Source of the DNA: Thermodesulfobacteriota bacterium
Lineage (GTDB): Bacteria; Desulfobacterota; Desulfobacteria; Desulfobacterales; SURF-7
Reading direction: 5' to 3'
Length of the DNA stretch: 64,000 nt
Assembly: GCA_049320885.1 (NCBI GenBank)
Contig: JBMORA010000018.1
Location: 80,119 to 144,118, forward strand
Position numbers and translations under genes: made by a program. Positions 9,129-19,043 of this stretch are shown piece after piece. The first letter of the stretch is position 1. Every line of letters begins with the position of its first letter. The notes below the pieces were generated by a model. It was not told where the DNA came from, ran no database searches, and worked only from the letters and a program-made list of their open reading frames with translations.

Positions 9129-9725
9129 ATGCGCATGTCCAAAAAACAAGACATTCTGCGAGCAGCCATCACTCTTTTCGCCCTGAAGGGATTCAAGGAC
9201 ACGTCCATTACCCAGGTCGCTCAAATGATCGGCGTAGCCAGCGCCACGGTTTTCTACCATTTTAAAAACAAGGAAGAGCTTTTCATGGCTGTCCTCCAGG
9301 AAGTCCGCGAAGGAATTGTGAGCGAATCCCAGGCCTACTTCCAGGAGAACGAGTTTCATACAGGCATCGACATGGTAGAGGGCGCGGTCTCCCTTTATAT
9401 TTACCTGGCTGGAATCCGCGAGGAATGGTTTTGCCTGCTTCACCGCCATCATGCATTCAAGCTGGCTGAAACCAATCCCCTCTGCCGGCGGTATCTGGAA
9501 GACATCTATAATTGTCTCGTGGATATTTTCGAGACCGCCCTTCGCCAGGGACAACGGGATGGCTCCGTGGACAGCTCTTTATCACCCCGGAAAATGGCCC
9601 TGTTGGTTCTCACCATGGTTGACGGCATCGTGCGCCTGAAAACGGATAATTTGTACGATGCCGGCGCCTTGTATAATGATCTCATTTTGGCTTGTCGTCG
9701 TATGGTTGCAAACACTAGAAATTAG
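9129..9725 (+). CDS. TetR/AcrR family transcriptional regulator
   Basis: ILRAAITLFALKGFKDTSITQVA...GVASATVFYHFKNKEEL HTH. Confidence 0.93.
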   Translation: MRMSKKQDILRAAITLFALKGFKDTSITQVAQMIGVASATVFYHFKNKEELFMAVLQEVREGIVSESQAYFQENEFHTGIDMVEGAVSLYIYLAGIREEWFCLLHRHHAFKLAETNPLCRRYLEDIYNCLVDIFETALRQGQRDGSVDSSLSPRKMALLVLTMVDGIVRLKTDNLYDAGALYNDLILACRRMVANTRN

Positions 9726-11858
9726 GTGATGCCGATGTTGCTGAAATTTTTTCCTTTTTTAAGCTGGTTCCATGATTACAATCTGGACAAGTTGCGGACC
9801 GATGCCATGGCGGGTCTGACCGTGGCCCTGGTGTTGATCCCCCAGTCCATGGCGTACGCCCAATTGGCTGGAATGCCGTCCTATTATGGCTTGTACGCCG
9901 CTTTCCTGCCACCCGTGATCGCCTCTCTTTTCGGCTCCAGCCGCCAGCTGGCCACCGGTCCCGTTGCCGTGGTTTCCCTGATGACCGCCGCATCCCTCGC
10001 TCCGCTGGCCACCGCCGGCAGTGACGGCTACATCGCTTATGCCATCGCCCTGGCGCTCATTGTCGGCTTGTTTCAGTTTCTGCTGGGTGTCCTGCGGCTT
10101 GGGATCGTCGTCAATTTTTTATCCCATCCGGTGGTGAACGGTTTTACCAATGCCGCAGCCATTATCATCGCCTCCTCACAGTTTTCCAAACTCTTCGGCG
10201 TCACCGTGGATGAATCCGAACACCATTACGAAACCATCCTCCATGTCTGCCGGGCGGCTATTCAATACACCCATTGGCCGACCTTCTGGATGGGACTCCT
10301 GGCCTTCAGCATCATGTACGGGCTGAAACGGCTGAACCCCAAGATACCCAATGTACTGGTGGCCGTGGCCATCACCTCGGTTATCTCCTGGGCCGTGGGT
10401 TTTGAAAACAATCATTCGGCAAGCCTGGAGGCCATTGATTCCATGGAAACCAGGGAACTTATCGCCAAGTTCAACGAAGCCGTCACCTTGACGGATGCCG
10501 CCGCCATGGAACGGACGAACCTGACGCAGCAACTGGAAAAAGCCCAGAAAGAGGGCAATCCTTTTCAATTGCTGGAAGCGGAACATGCCATCAACCGCAT
10601 CAACCTCCGGATCGAAACCCACAAACACGAAGCCCATTCGTATCGGGAATCGTTGCGCAGCATGCTTTTTGTCACCGTGAAAAACCCGGAAGGGGCTCTC
10701 CGTTTTCGACTGAAAAAAGACGCACCCGGGGACGGGGACGGCCGAATCTGGCGGATCAAAGTCGGCAATTCCGCATTGAAGACGGATAAGCTTCCCATGA
10801 TGGGGGGCGGAGCAGTGGTGGGCGACGTACCGAAGGGATTGCCGTCCCTGATCATTCCGTCCATCAAACTCAGCGATGTGTTTCACCTGCTGCCCTTTGC
10901 CGCCATCATTTCCCTGCTGGGATTCATGGAAGCGATTTCCATCGCCAAGGCCCTCGCCGCCAAAACCGGCCAACGCCTGGACCCGAATCAGGAATTGATC
11001 GGCCAGGGATTGGGCAACATCCTCGGAGCCATCGCTCAGAGCTACCCGACCTCCGGGTCGTTTTCCCGTTCGGCGGTCAATCTCCAGGCCGGAGCGGTAA
11101 CCGGACTTTCCAGCGCCTTCACCAGCCTTACGGTGCTGATTGTCCTGCTGTTTTTAACCCCGCTCCTGTATCACTTGCCCCAGTCGGTGCTCGCGGCCGT
11201 AATCATGATGGCGGTGATCAGCCTGCTCAATGTATCCGGTTTCATCCACGCCTGGCGGGCCCAGTGGTATGACGGCGCCATCTCCATCATCACTTTTATC
11301 TTCACCCTTGCGTTCGCGCCCCATCTTGACAAGGGCATCATGATCGGGGTGGTGCTGTCGCTGGGGGTTTTTTTGTATAAAAGCATGCGACCGACGGTCA
11401 CTTCGCTTTCCCGCCATGAAGACGACGCCCTGCGCGACGCCGTTTTTCACGGACTCCGGGAATGTGAGTATATCGACATGATCCGGTTCGAAGGGCCGCT
11501 CTTTTTCGCCAATGCCAGTTATCTGGAAGACCAGATCAACGATCGCATGCTGCACCGTAAAAAACTGAAACATATGATTATCGTGGCCAATGCCATCAAC
11601 GACGTTGACGCCTCCGGAGAGGAAGTTCTTTCCCTGTTGATCGACAACATCAGAAGCGCGGGAGTGGAGATTTCTTTCAGCGGGGTCAATGAATCCGTAA
11701 TGATGGTTCTGGAGCGCACGCATCTGATCGCCAAAATCGGCAGGAACAACATCTACCCGACCATGGAAAAAGCGATTTGTGCGGTACATGGTCAGGCCCA
11801 CCAGAACGGGGCCGAAGCGCTTTGCCCATTGACAACGGTTTGCCGCATTGCTTCGTAA
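9726..11858 (+). CDS. sulP: SulP/SLC26 anion (sulfate) permease with STAS domain and a large soluble insertion
   Basis: AGLTVALVLIPQSMAYAQLAG, GSSRQLATGP, NQELIGQG, GSFSRSAVN, STAS GPLFFANA. Confidence 0.93.
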   Translation: MMPMLLKFFPFLSWFHDYNLDKLRTDAMAGLTVALVLIPQSMAYAQLAGMPSYYGLYAAFLPPVIASLFGSSRQLATGPVAVVSLMTAASLAPLATAGSDGYIAYAIALALIVGLFQFLLGVLRLGIVVNFLSHPVVNGFTNAAAIIIASSQFSKLFGVTVDESEHHYETILHVCRAAIQYTHWPTFWMGLLAFSIMYGLKRLNPKIPNVLVAVAITSVISWAVGFENNHSASLEAIDSMETRELIAKFNEAVTLTDAAAMERTNLTQQLEKAQKEGNPFQLLEAEHAINRINLRIETHKHEAHSYRESLRSMLFVTVKNPEGALRFRLKKDAPGDGDGRIWRIKVGNSALKTDKLPMMGGGAVVGDVPKGLPSLIIPSIKLSDVFHLLPFAAIISLLGFMEAISIAKALAAKTGQRLDPNQELIGQGLGNILGAIAQSYPTSGSFSRSAVNLQAGAVTGLSSAFTSLTVLIVLLFLTPLLYHLPQSVLAAVIMMAVISLLNVSGFIHAWRAQWYDGAISIITFIFTLAFAPHLDKGIMIGVVLSLGVFLYKSMRPTVTSLSRHEDDALRDAVFHGLRECEYIDMIRFEGPLFFANASYLEDQINDRMLHRKKLKHMIIVANAINDVDASGEEVLSLLIDNIRSAGVEISFSGVNESVMMVLERTHLIAKIGRNNIYPTMEKAICAVHGQAHQNGAEALCPLTTVCRIAS

Positions 11859-11878
11859 ATGAAATAGGGAGGTTATCC

Positions 11879-13108
11879 ATGTCAGTTATCGCCATTTTCA
11901 GCGGTGCCCATTGCCGCTCCATACCGGTTATCGACGGTGTGAAAACCAAGACTGGTTATCGCATTGTAACGGAACAGGAAATCATCGCCAAGGCAGCGGC
12001 ATCGACCGGCATGCCGGAGAAAAAGTTCGAAGCGGTCTTTGCTTCCAAAATTTCCGTGTTCAATCAATTCACCCATGAAAGAGAGCGTTCCATCGCCTAC
12101 CTGCGACGCACCCTGGCGGGAATCCTGTCCGACGACAATCTGATCGTCACCGGTTTCCCGCTGCATCTCATCCCCAAGGAAATCGCCCACATCCTGCGGG
12201 TATGCCTGATCGCGGATCTGAAATCACGCCTGGCAACCGCCAGGGAAGAAAAGGGGCTTTCGGAAAAAGCGGCCCTGGAGTCCATCCGCAAGGAGGATGA
12301 AAAAACCATTGCCTGGGTGAAGGCCCTGCATGATGAAGCGGATCCTTGGAATCCCAAGCATTATGACCTGGTCTTGCCGACGGATAAAACCAGCGTCACC
12401 GATGCCGTTGCCGCCATCGTGGAGCACGGAACCAGTGATATCCTCAGACGTTCGGCGCTCTCGGAAAAAGCTCTCGGGGATTTTGCATTGACGGCGGAAA
12501 TAGAAACGGCCCTGGCCAGGGAAGGCCACAACATCCGGGTTGCCTCGCAGAACGGCGCTGTCCGGCTGACCATTGAAAAACAGGTTCTGATGCTCAGCCG
12601 TCTGGAGGAAGAACTGAAGCAGATCGTTTCCAAAATCCCCGGCGTACGTTCCATTGCAACGGAAGTCGGTAAAAATTTTCACCAGACCGATATCTACCGA
12701 AAATATGACTTCCAAACCCCTTCCAAAGTATTGCTGGTGGACGATGAACGCGAATTCGTGCAAACCCTGTCGGAAAGACTGATCATGCGGGATATGGGTT
12801 CCGCGGTGGCCTATGACGGCGAAAGCGCCTTGACCATGATTCACGATGACGAACCGGAAGTCATGATTCTGGATCTGAAAATGCCAGGGATCAATGGAAT
12901 CGAAGTATTGCGTCAAGTCAAGGAAACCAGGCCTGAAATTGAAGTCATCATTCTAACCGGCCATGGCTCTGAGGCGGACAAGCAAATCTGCCTGCAGCTC
13001 GGCGCCTTTGCTTATTTACAAAAACCTGTTGATATCAATACGTTAAGTACCGCCATCCAACAGGCAAATGAGAAAATTCTGAAAAACAAACCCCGGACGG
13101 CTGAGTGA
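11879..13108 (+). CDS. Cytidylate-kinase-like + BON-like + C-terminal receiver domain protein
   Basis: SD GGGAGG before ATG 11879; ILRVCLIA..SRL and DPWNPKHYDLVL (CMK-like); C-terminal VLLVDDE...LDLKMPG...LTGHG...KP. Confidence 0.8.
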   Translation: MSVIAIFSGAHCRSIPVIDGVKTKTGYRIVTEQEIIAKAAASTGMPEKKFEAVFASKISVFNQFTHERERSIAYLRRTLAGILSDDNLIVTGFPLHLIPKEIAHILRVCLIADLKSRLATAREEKGLSEKAALESIRKEDEKTIAWVKALHDEADPWNPKHYDLVLPTDKTSVTDAVAAIVEHGTSDILRRSALSEKALGDFALTAEIETALAREGHNIRVASQNGAVRLTIEKQVLMLSRLEEELKQIVSKIPGVRSIATEVGKNFHQTDIYRKYDFQTPSKVLLVDDEREFVQTLSERLIMRDMGSAVAYDGESALTMIHDDEPEVMILDLKMPGINGIEVLRQVKETRPEIEVIILTGHGSEADKQICLQLGAFAYLQKPVDINTLSTAIQQANEKILKNKPRTAE

Positions 13109-13115
13109 AACCAGG

Positions 13116-14870
13116 ATGAACCTGCTGAACAGCATAAAACCGGCGTTCATGAAAGAACGGAACGTAGCCGAAGGCTCCCCCTTCAGCCATATGTTCAATT
13201 TCCGGAAAATCTGGCGAAAAGCCGTATTCATGACCGCCGTATCCGCCATCCTGCCGCTTGTGGTCATCACGGCCGTGGATTATAACTTGACCCAGCAATC
13301 CGCGAAATCCGAAGTTATTTCAAGAGCAAGCCGCATTGTTTCCAACACCAAGCGATCCATCTCGTATTTTTTATCCGTGCGTCAGGCCGCCCTCGATTTT
13401 ATCATCCATGACAACCGGGCGGAGCGACTCACCGACCGCCGTCGCCTGAACGAAATTTTACAGAACTTGAAGGCTTCCTTCGGCGGAATCAGCGATATCG
13501 GCCTCATCGATCATCAGGGGCGGCAGATCGCCTACATCGGTGAGTATGACCTGGAAGGAAAAAATTACAGCGGCCAAAAATGGTTCTTGGAAGTATTGGA
13601 CAGGGGGGTTTATGTCAGTGATGTATTTCTCGGCTTCCGCAATCTGCCGCATCTGGTGATCGCCGTGAAATACACATTGTCCGACGGTTTCTATTATATC
13701 CTGCGCGCCTCCGTGGACACAGCCCAGTTCACCGAGCTGCTTTCCAACCTGGAAATGGTCGAGCAAAGCGACGCCTTTATCATCAATCAGGAGGGAACGC
13801 TGCAAACCCCGTCGCGAAGCCATGGCAAGGTCCTGGAGAAAATCAATCTGGACGTGCCCCCCTACGCCCAGGAAACCGCAATCCTGCAGCAATCCGATTC
13901 AAAGGGGGAGGAACTCATCATCGGTTACGCCTATATCCAAAACACGCCTTTTATTCTGATGGTCATCAAACAGAAAGGCGAACTCATGCGGCCCTGGCGG
14001 AAAACCAGGATACAAATCCTGGGGTTTCTGATGATTGGAGTCGTTTTTATCCTGATCACCATCATCGGATTCGCGACCTACATGGTTAACAACATGTATT
14101 ATGCGGATCAAAAACGCCTGATGGCCCTCCATCAAATGGAATATTCCAACAAGCTGGCCTCCATCGGCCGTCTGGCGGCGGGAGTGGCCCACGAAATCAA
14201 CAACCCCCTGGCGATTATCAACGAAAAAGCCGGTTTTATCAAAGATCTGTTCACTTATAAAAATGAATATAAGAACGATCAGAAATTGATCGATTGCGTC
14301 AACTCCATCCTGTCGTCGGTGGAACGGGGCGGCAGAATCACCCATCGGTTACTGGGATTCGCCCGACATATGGACGCGAAGATCGAAAAGATCAATCTGA
14401 AGAATGTGATCACCGATGTTCTGGGCTTTCTCGCAAAGGAAGCGGAATACAGGTCCATCGATATCAAGCTGGACATCTCCGATGCCATCGAGCCCTTCGA
14501 GACCGACCGGGGAAAACTGCAACAGATCCTCCTGAACTTGATCAACAACGCATTTGCCGCCGTCCAGGACGGCGGGCGTATAGAAATTTCCGCGAATCCG
14601 GTGGGCGCGGATCAAGTTGCCATTGTTTGCGCCGACCAGGGATGCGGCATTTCCGCTGAAAATCTGAAACATGTTTTCGAACCGTTTTTCTCCACCCGGG
14701 CAAATGTCGGCGGCACTGGTCTGGGTCTTTCCATCACCTATGGCCTGGTCAAGGAACTCGGCGGCACCATTGATGTCAAAAGCGAAGCCGGCAAGGGCAC
14801 GCGCTTCACCATCCTGCTGCCGCTGAAAATGAAGCCATCAGAGGAGAATCGACAATGCGTGTCTTACTAG
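13116..14870 (+). CDS. Membrane sensor histidine kinase (Cache-like periplasmic domain)
   Basis: Two TM segments, YVSDVFLG Cache-like motif, H-box AHEINNPL, N box NLINNA, DQGCGI, GTGLGL. Confidence 0.93.
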   Translation: MNLLNSIKPAFMKERNVAEGSPFSHMFNFRKIWRKAVFMTAVSAILPLVVITAVDYNLTQQSAKSEVISRASRIVSNTKRSISYFLSVRQAALDFIIHDNRAERLTDRRRLNEILQNLKASFGGISDIGLIDHQGRQIAYIGEYDLEGKNYSGQKWFLEVLDRGVYVSDVFLGFRNLPHLVIAVKYTLSDGFYYILRASVDTAQFTELLSNLEMVEQSDAFIINQEGTLQTPSRSHGKVLEKINLDVPPYAQETAILQQSDSKGEELIIGYAYIQNTPFILMVIKQKGELMRPWRKTRIQILGFLMIGVVFILITIIGFATYMVNNMYYADQKRLMALHQMEYSNKLASIGRLAAGVAHEINNPLAIINEKAGFIKDLFTYKNEYKNDQKLIDCVNSILSSVERGGRITHRLLGFARHMDAKIEKINLKNVITDVLGFLAKEAEYRSIDIKLDISDAIEPFETDRGKLQQILLNLINNAFAAVQDGGRIEISANPVGADQVAIVCADQGCGISAENLKHVFEPFFSTRANVGGTGLGLSITYGLVKELGGTIDVKSEAGKGTRFTILLPLKMKPSEENRQCVSY

Positions 14871-15214
14871 TCGACGACGAACAGGAACTGGTCGCCACCC
14901 TGGCGGAACGCCTGGCCTTCCGGGGGATAGACGCCGAATGGGCCACCAGCGGACAAAAGGCTCTGCAGCGCCTGGCCGATGAATCCTTCGACATCGCCGT
15001 CATCGATGTCAAGATGCCGGTCATGAACGGTTTTGAATTGAAGCACAAAATGCAGGTCCTGCGACCTGAACTGAAATATATCTTTTTAACCGGCCATGGT
15101 TCCCAACAGGATTATCTAACGGGGCAGTCCGAAGCCGGTATGGATTTCTACCTGATCAAGCCGGTGGATATCGACATCCTGATTCAAAAAATGAGAGAAA
15201 CCCTCAATAAATAA
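14855..15214 (+). CDS. Single-domain response regulator
   Basis: VLLVDDE, IDVKMP, LTGHG, KP. Confidence 0.92.
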   Translation: MRVLLVDDEQELVATLAERLAFRGIDAEWATSGQKALQRLADESFDIAVIDVKMPVMNGFELKHKMQVLRPELKYIFLTGHGSQQDYLTGQSEAGMDFYLIKPVDIDILIQKMRETLNK

Positions 15215-15225
15215 GGAGGTGCGCC

Positions 15226-15897
15226 ATTACACCGAAATCATCCATTGCCTGCGATTCGGAGCTGCGTTTCTTCGGGAAAATAACCGCCTCCGTCTCCCAT
15301 GAGATCAAGAACGTCCTCGCCATCATCAATGAAAATGCGGGGCTGCTGGCCGATTTCATTCAGATGGAGCAACAAGGAAGAACGGTGGAGCCCGCGCGTT
15401 TTGAAGCGCTGTCCCGGAAGATCCAGAACCAGGTGGGTAGAGCCGATGATATCATCCGGCGCCTGAACCGCTTTTCCCATAGTGTTGATGAGTCCAGTAT
15501 GAAGATCGACCTCGCCGACACCATTGAATTCATGATCGCCATTTGCGGCCGGTTGGCTGCCGGAAGAAAGAAAAAACTGGATTTAATCCGGCCGGAACAA
15601 CCCGAACAGGTGGTGACGAACCTGTTCGTCCTGGAAAACATCCTGTGGCGCTGTTTCGATTTTGCCATGGTTGCAGCGGGAAGCAACCAGACCGTCACCA
15701 TCACCGTGAGGGGCGACTCCGAAGAACAGGTCTTGGTATGCTTCAGCGGACTGACGGACCTGGTCCGGCAGGGCGAGGCGACTCTCCCCGGAGAAGAGGA
15801 AACAGCCCTTCTGGACATCCTGAATGGAACCGTCGTTCTGAAGAATGACAGCGGGGAAATGTTCCTTACTTTACCGCGGCGCGTATCGAAGGCGTGA
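15226..15897 (+). CDS. Cytoplasmic HisKA protein with degenerate ATP-binding domain (phosphotransferase/pseudokinase-like); probable ATT start
   Basis: In-frame H-box ASVSHEIKNVLAIINENAG lies upstream of the ORF-track ATG (15364); SD TAAGGAGGT 15212-15220 followed by ATT at 15226; no G1/G2 boxes. Confidence 0.75.
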   Translation: MTPKSSIACDSELRFFGKITASVSHEIKNVLAIINENAGLLADFIQMEQQGRTVEPARFEALSRKIQNQVGRADDIIRRLNRFSHSVDESSMKIDLADTIEFMIAICGRLAAGRKKKLDLIRPEQPEQVVTNLFVLENILWRCFDFAMVAAGSNQTVTITVRGDSEEQVLVCFSGLTDLVRQGEATLPGEEETALLDILNGTVVLKNDSGEMFLTLPRRVSKA

Positions 15898-15976
15898 CCC
15901 GTCCTGACACCATCCGTTGCGCGGGTGGGGGCTTCACGGCTCTCGGCGCCAGTAATTTAAAAAAGGAGGCACAATT

Positions 15977-16405
15977 ATGGCGGAAAAAGTACTGTTGATA
16001 GACGATGAAGAGGAGTTCATCGAGGCGTTGGGGGAAAGAATGCGAGCCCGGGGAATGATTGTAACCGCCACCACTTCGCCGGTCCAGGCCCTGAAGCAGG
16101 TCGAGGAGGAATCCTATGACGCCGTGGTCCTGGACCTGCAGATGCCGGAAATGGACGGGATAGAAGCCTTGAAAATCATGAAAAACAAGAGACCGGAATT
16201 GCAGGTTATTCTTCTGACCGGGCATGCAAGTGTTCAAAAGGGTATCGAGGCCATGAAACTCGGCGCCATGGATTTGATCGAAAAACCGGCTGACTTCGAG
16301 ACGATCGCCGCCAAAATACACCGGGCCCAGGCCAAAAAAATGATCCTGGTGGAAAAGAAAAACGAGGAAACCATCAAGGAAATCCTGAACCGCAAATGCT
16401 GGTAA
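15977..16405 (+). CDS. Response regulator (REC plus short C-terminal helix)
   Basis: SD AAGGAGG; VLLIDDE, LDLQMP, LTGHA, KP. Confidence 0.92.
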   Translation: MAEKVLLIDDEEEFIEALGERMRARGMIVTATTSPVQALKQVEEESYDAVVLDLQMPEMDGIEALKIMKNKRPELQVILLTGHASVQKGIEAMKLGAMDLIEKPADFETIAAKIHRAQAKKMILVEKKNEETIKEILNRKCW

Positions 16406-16579
16406 CCGTTCCCGGAAGGCCGCTGGTTTTATCTCGGCCAAAGGTAACGCTTTCCATTTCCCGGAAATTGTTTTATGCTGCCGCGTACTCTTGCAGAATA
16501 GATCCGCGTTGCGGTCCGCTGGTTTGCATGTCCGATTCCGGCGTCTTGAAGCTCCTGTTCAACAGGTCGGGGATAAGGG

Positions 16580-17146
16580 ATGACACGGAACCATGGATGG
16601 AAAAGAAGGTGGCTCATAAGGATGCTGCTGGTTTCCCTGGCCTTTGCCGGCTGCGCCGCCATGACCGTTTCCCGAAGCGAGCCGAGATATCAGTTTATCG
16701 ACACTGAATTGTATTATGTCAGCATCACTCCCATTCGATCCCGGGATTACCATTACGCCTTTCGACTGATCGTCAAGAATAAAACCATCGAGGAAATGGA
16801 AATCGACTGGAATAAAACATTTTATCTGGAAGGCGATGCACCTTCCGGCGGCTTCATGTTCGACGGCATCGCCTACAGCGAAAGGGAAAATCCCAAGGAA
16901 CGCTGCAAGGTCGCGGCCAACGACATTTTTATCAAAACCCTGTGGCCCAACGTCCTGGTGAGCCGAAAAAAGGACTGGTTTCACCAGCCTCTCGAAAGCG
17001 GCCGCCATGGGATTGAAATCACCCTCATCGTCAACAGGAAGCAGGTGTGCAAGGAGCGCTTGCTGCTGAACATCATCCGGGAGACGGATGAGGGCCTAGC
17101 CGAGAGTGAAACCGAAGAAGTCAAAACCACAACAACCAAGTACTGA
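16580..17146 (+). CDS. Hypothetical lipoprotein
   Basis: Basic N-terminus, hydrophobic stretch and lipobox FAG|C. Confidence 0.65.
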   Translation: MTRNHGWKRRWLIRMLLVSLAFAGCAAMTVSRSEPRYQFIDTELYYVSITPIRSRDYHYAFRLIVKNKTIEEMEIDWNKTFYLEGDAPSGGFMFDGIAYSERENPKERCKVAANDIFIKTLWPNVLVSRKKDWFHQPLESGRHGIEITLIVNRKQVCKERLLLNIIRETDEGLAESETEEVKTTTTKY

Positions 17147-18580
17147 TCACCCCTTGAGCACCACCAGCGGCCTGAGACGGGCCACCTTTTGCGATATGCC
17201 GGCGCCGTGGACCACCTCCACCACTTCCGCAATATCCTTATAGGCGTCCGGCATCTCCTCCGCCAGTGTCGACCGCCCGGTCCAGCGCACGAGGATGCCC
17301 CGCTCTTCGAGTTCACGATGAATCGCCCTGCCCCTGCTCGCCTTCTTGGCCGCCGCCCGGCTCAACACCCGTCCGGCCCCATGGCAGGTGGAACCGAAAG
17401 TTTCATTCATGGCGGTCTCCGTACCGGCCAGCACATAGGAAGCCGTGCCCATGTCTCCCGGAATCAGAATGGGCTGCCCGGTTTCCCGGTAATCCTCGCA
17501 CAAGGCCGGATGGCCGGGACCGAAGGAACGGGTCGCGCCTTTGCGATGAACGCAGAGCGTCATGCGGCGTCCATCCACCAGGTGCTCCTCTTTCTTGGCG
17601 ATATTGTGACAGACATCATACACCAGGCGCATGCCCAGATCCCGGGGGCCGATGCCCATGACTTTCATGAGAACCTGGCGGGCCAGGTGCATCAATATCT
17701 GACGGTTGGCCCAGGCATAATTGGCGGCGCAGGCCATGGCTCCCAGATAATCCCGTCCGTCGCTGGATTGAATCAAGGCGCAGGAGAGCTGGCGATCCGG
17801 CAGGTCGATGCCCAGTGACCGGACCTGTTTGGCCGTATATGCGAGGAAATCATCGCAGATCTGGTACCCCAGACCCCGGGAGCCGGAATGAATCATCAGG
17901 GTAGCCTGACCCTGAAACAGTCCGAAGCGCCTTGCGATATCCGCCTGAAAGATTTCATCGACGATTCCGATCTCAACGAAATGATTCCCGGAACCCAGGG
18001 TGCCCAACTGCTGGAGCCCTCTTTCAAGGGCGCGCCCACTGACCACCTGAGGGTCCGCGCCGGGGAGGCACCCCTGGTCCTCGGTATGATCGATATCCGG
18101 CCCTTCGCCGAACCCCCGGGAAACAGCCCAGCTACTGCCTTGAACCAGCACCGCGGTGGCGTCTTTCTTGGACAGCTTCACCGAGCCGGTGGAGCCGACT
18201 CCGGAAGGAATTTCCCGGTACAGGGTGTCGGCCAGTTGCGCCAGCCGCGGCTGGAGGTCTTCCCAGGTGATATTCCCGGCCGCCAGGCGTACGCCGCAAT
18301 TGATATCGTAACCGACTCCTCCGGGAGAAACCACGCCCGTCTCCCAATCAAAAGCCGCCACCCCGCCGATGGGGAAACCATACCCCCAGTGGATATCCGG
18401 CATGGCCAGCGAAGCGCCGACAATACCGGGCAGCTGCGCCACGTTCCTCACCTGCTGGACCGCCTCTTCCCTGGCAAGATCCCGGATCATGGCAGCGCTG
18501 GCATACAGCCGGCCGGGAACCCGCATGGCTCCGGATCGGGGAATTTCCCAACGATAGGCGTCAATCTGTTTGATGTCCAT
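17147..18580 (-). CDS. rtcB: RtcB RNA 2',3'-cyclic phosphate/3'-phosphate-5'-OH ligase (archaeal-like long form)
   Basis: MPDIHWGYGFPIGG, GYDINCG, GTLGSGNHF, HSGSRG, HRKGAT, IPGDMG, STCHGAGR, EEMPDAYKD; start ATG 18580 with SD AGGAG. Confidence 0.96.
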   Translation of the reverse strand: MDIKQIDAYRWEIPRSGAMRVPGRLYASAAMIRDLAREEAVQQVRNVAQLPGIVGASLAMPDIHWGYGFPIGGVAAFDWETGVVSPGGVGYDINCGVRLAAGNITWEDLQPRLAQLADTLYREIPSGVGSTGSVKLSKKDATAVLVQGSSWAVSRGFGEGPDIDHTEDQGCLPGADPQVVSGRALERGLQQLGTLGSGNHFVEIGIVDEIFQADIARRFGLFQGQATLMIHSGSRGLGYQICDDFLAYTAKQVRSLGIDLPDRQLSCALIQSSDGRDYLGAMACAANYAWANRQILMHLARQVLMKVMGIGPRDLGMRLVYDVCHNIAKKEEHLVDGRRMTLCVHRKGATRSFGPGHPALCEDYRETGQPILIPGDMGTASYVLAGTETAMNETFGSTCHGAGRVLSRAAAKKASRGRAIHRELEERGILVRWTGRSTLAEEMPDAYKDIAEVVEVVHGAGISQKVARLRPLVVLKG

Positions 18581-18594
18581 TGGCCCGCTCCTGT

Positions 18595-19026
18595 TTATAC
18601 ATCGAAGATCACCCGACATTCCCAGCCGCCTGTCGATCGTTCCTCCACAGCAAGCTGATGGTAGGTCACGGCCTTGATTTCGTTCACCAGAAGATGCCGT
18701 CCCGAATCGAAATGCTCCCCCCATACACGCGCGGCAAGATGGTTTTCCGATATCTCCCTTACGGCGGCGGCGCCGCCGATCCAGGCTTTTCCGGTCCACA
18801 AATACAGGAGTTCCCGAAGCCAGTTGAACATCAGATCGGCATAATCCATGCCGGAAATCTCCAAATCCAAGGCCACGGTCTTTTTGACGAGTTCCGGACC
18901 GGCGATCAGCTCCCATAGAGCGCCGGCGGCGTTTTCAAACAACGTTTCGGCGTCCGCGCCCCAAACCCGTATGCCGAAATCGGCGGTGTGATCCATGAAG
19001 GAATACGGCATCGATTCACTCTCCAT
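18595..19026 (-). CDS. Archease (RtcB activator)
   Basis: DHTADFGI, EIKAVTYH, C-terminal VIFDV. Confidence 0.95.
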   Translation of the reverse strand: MESESMPYSFMDHTADFGIRVWGADAETLFENAAGALWELIAGPELVKKTVALDLEISGMDYADLMFNWLRELLYLWTGKAWIGGAAAVREISENHLAARVWGEHFDSGRHLLVNEIKAVTYHQLAVEERSTGGWECRVIFDV

Positions 19027-19043
19027 TTAATGAATCCGGGAAA

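Noticed and set aside
18581..18916. N-terminal 112-aa extension of RtcB in the ORF track
   Set aside because: Overlaps the archease gene in another frame; an SD and a typical RtcB start lie at 18580
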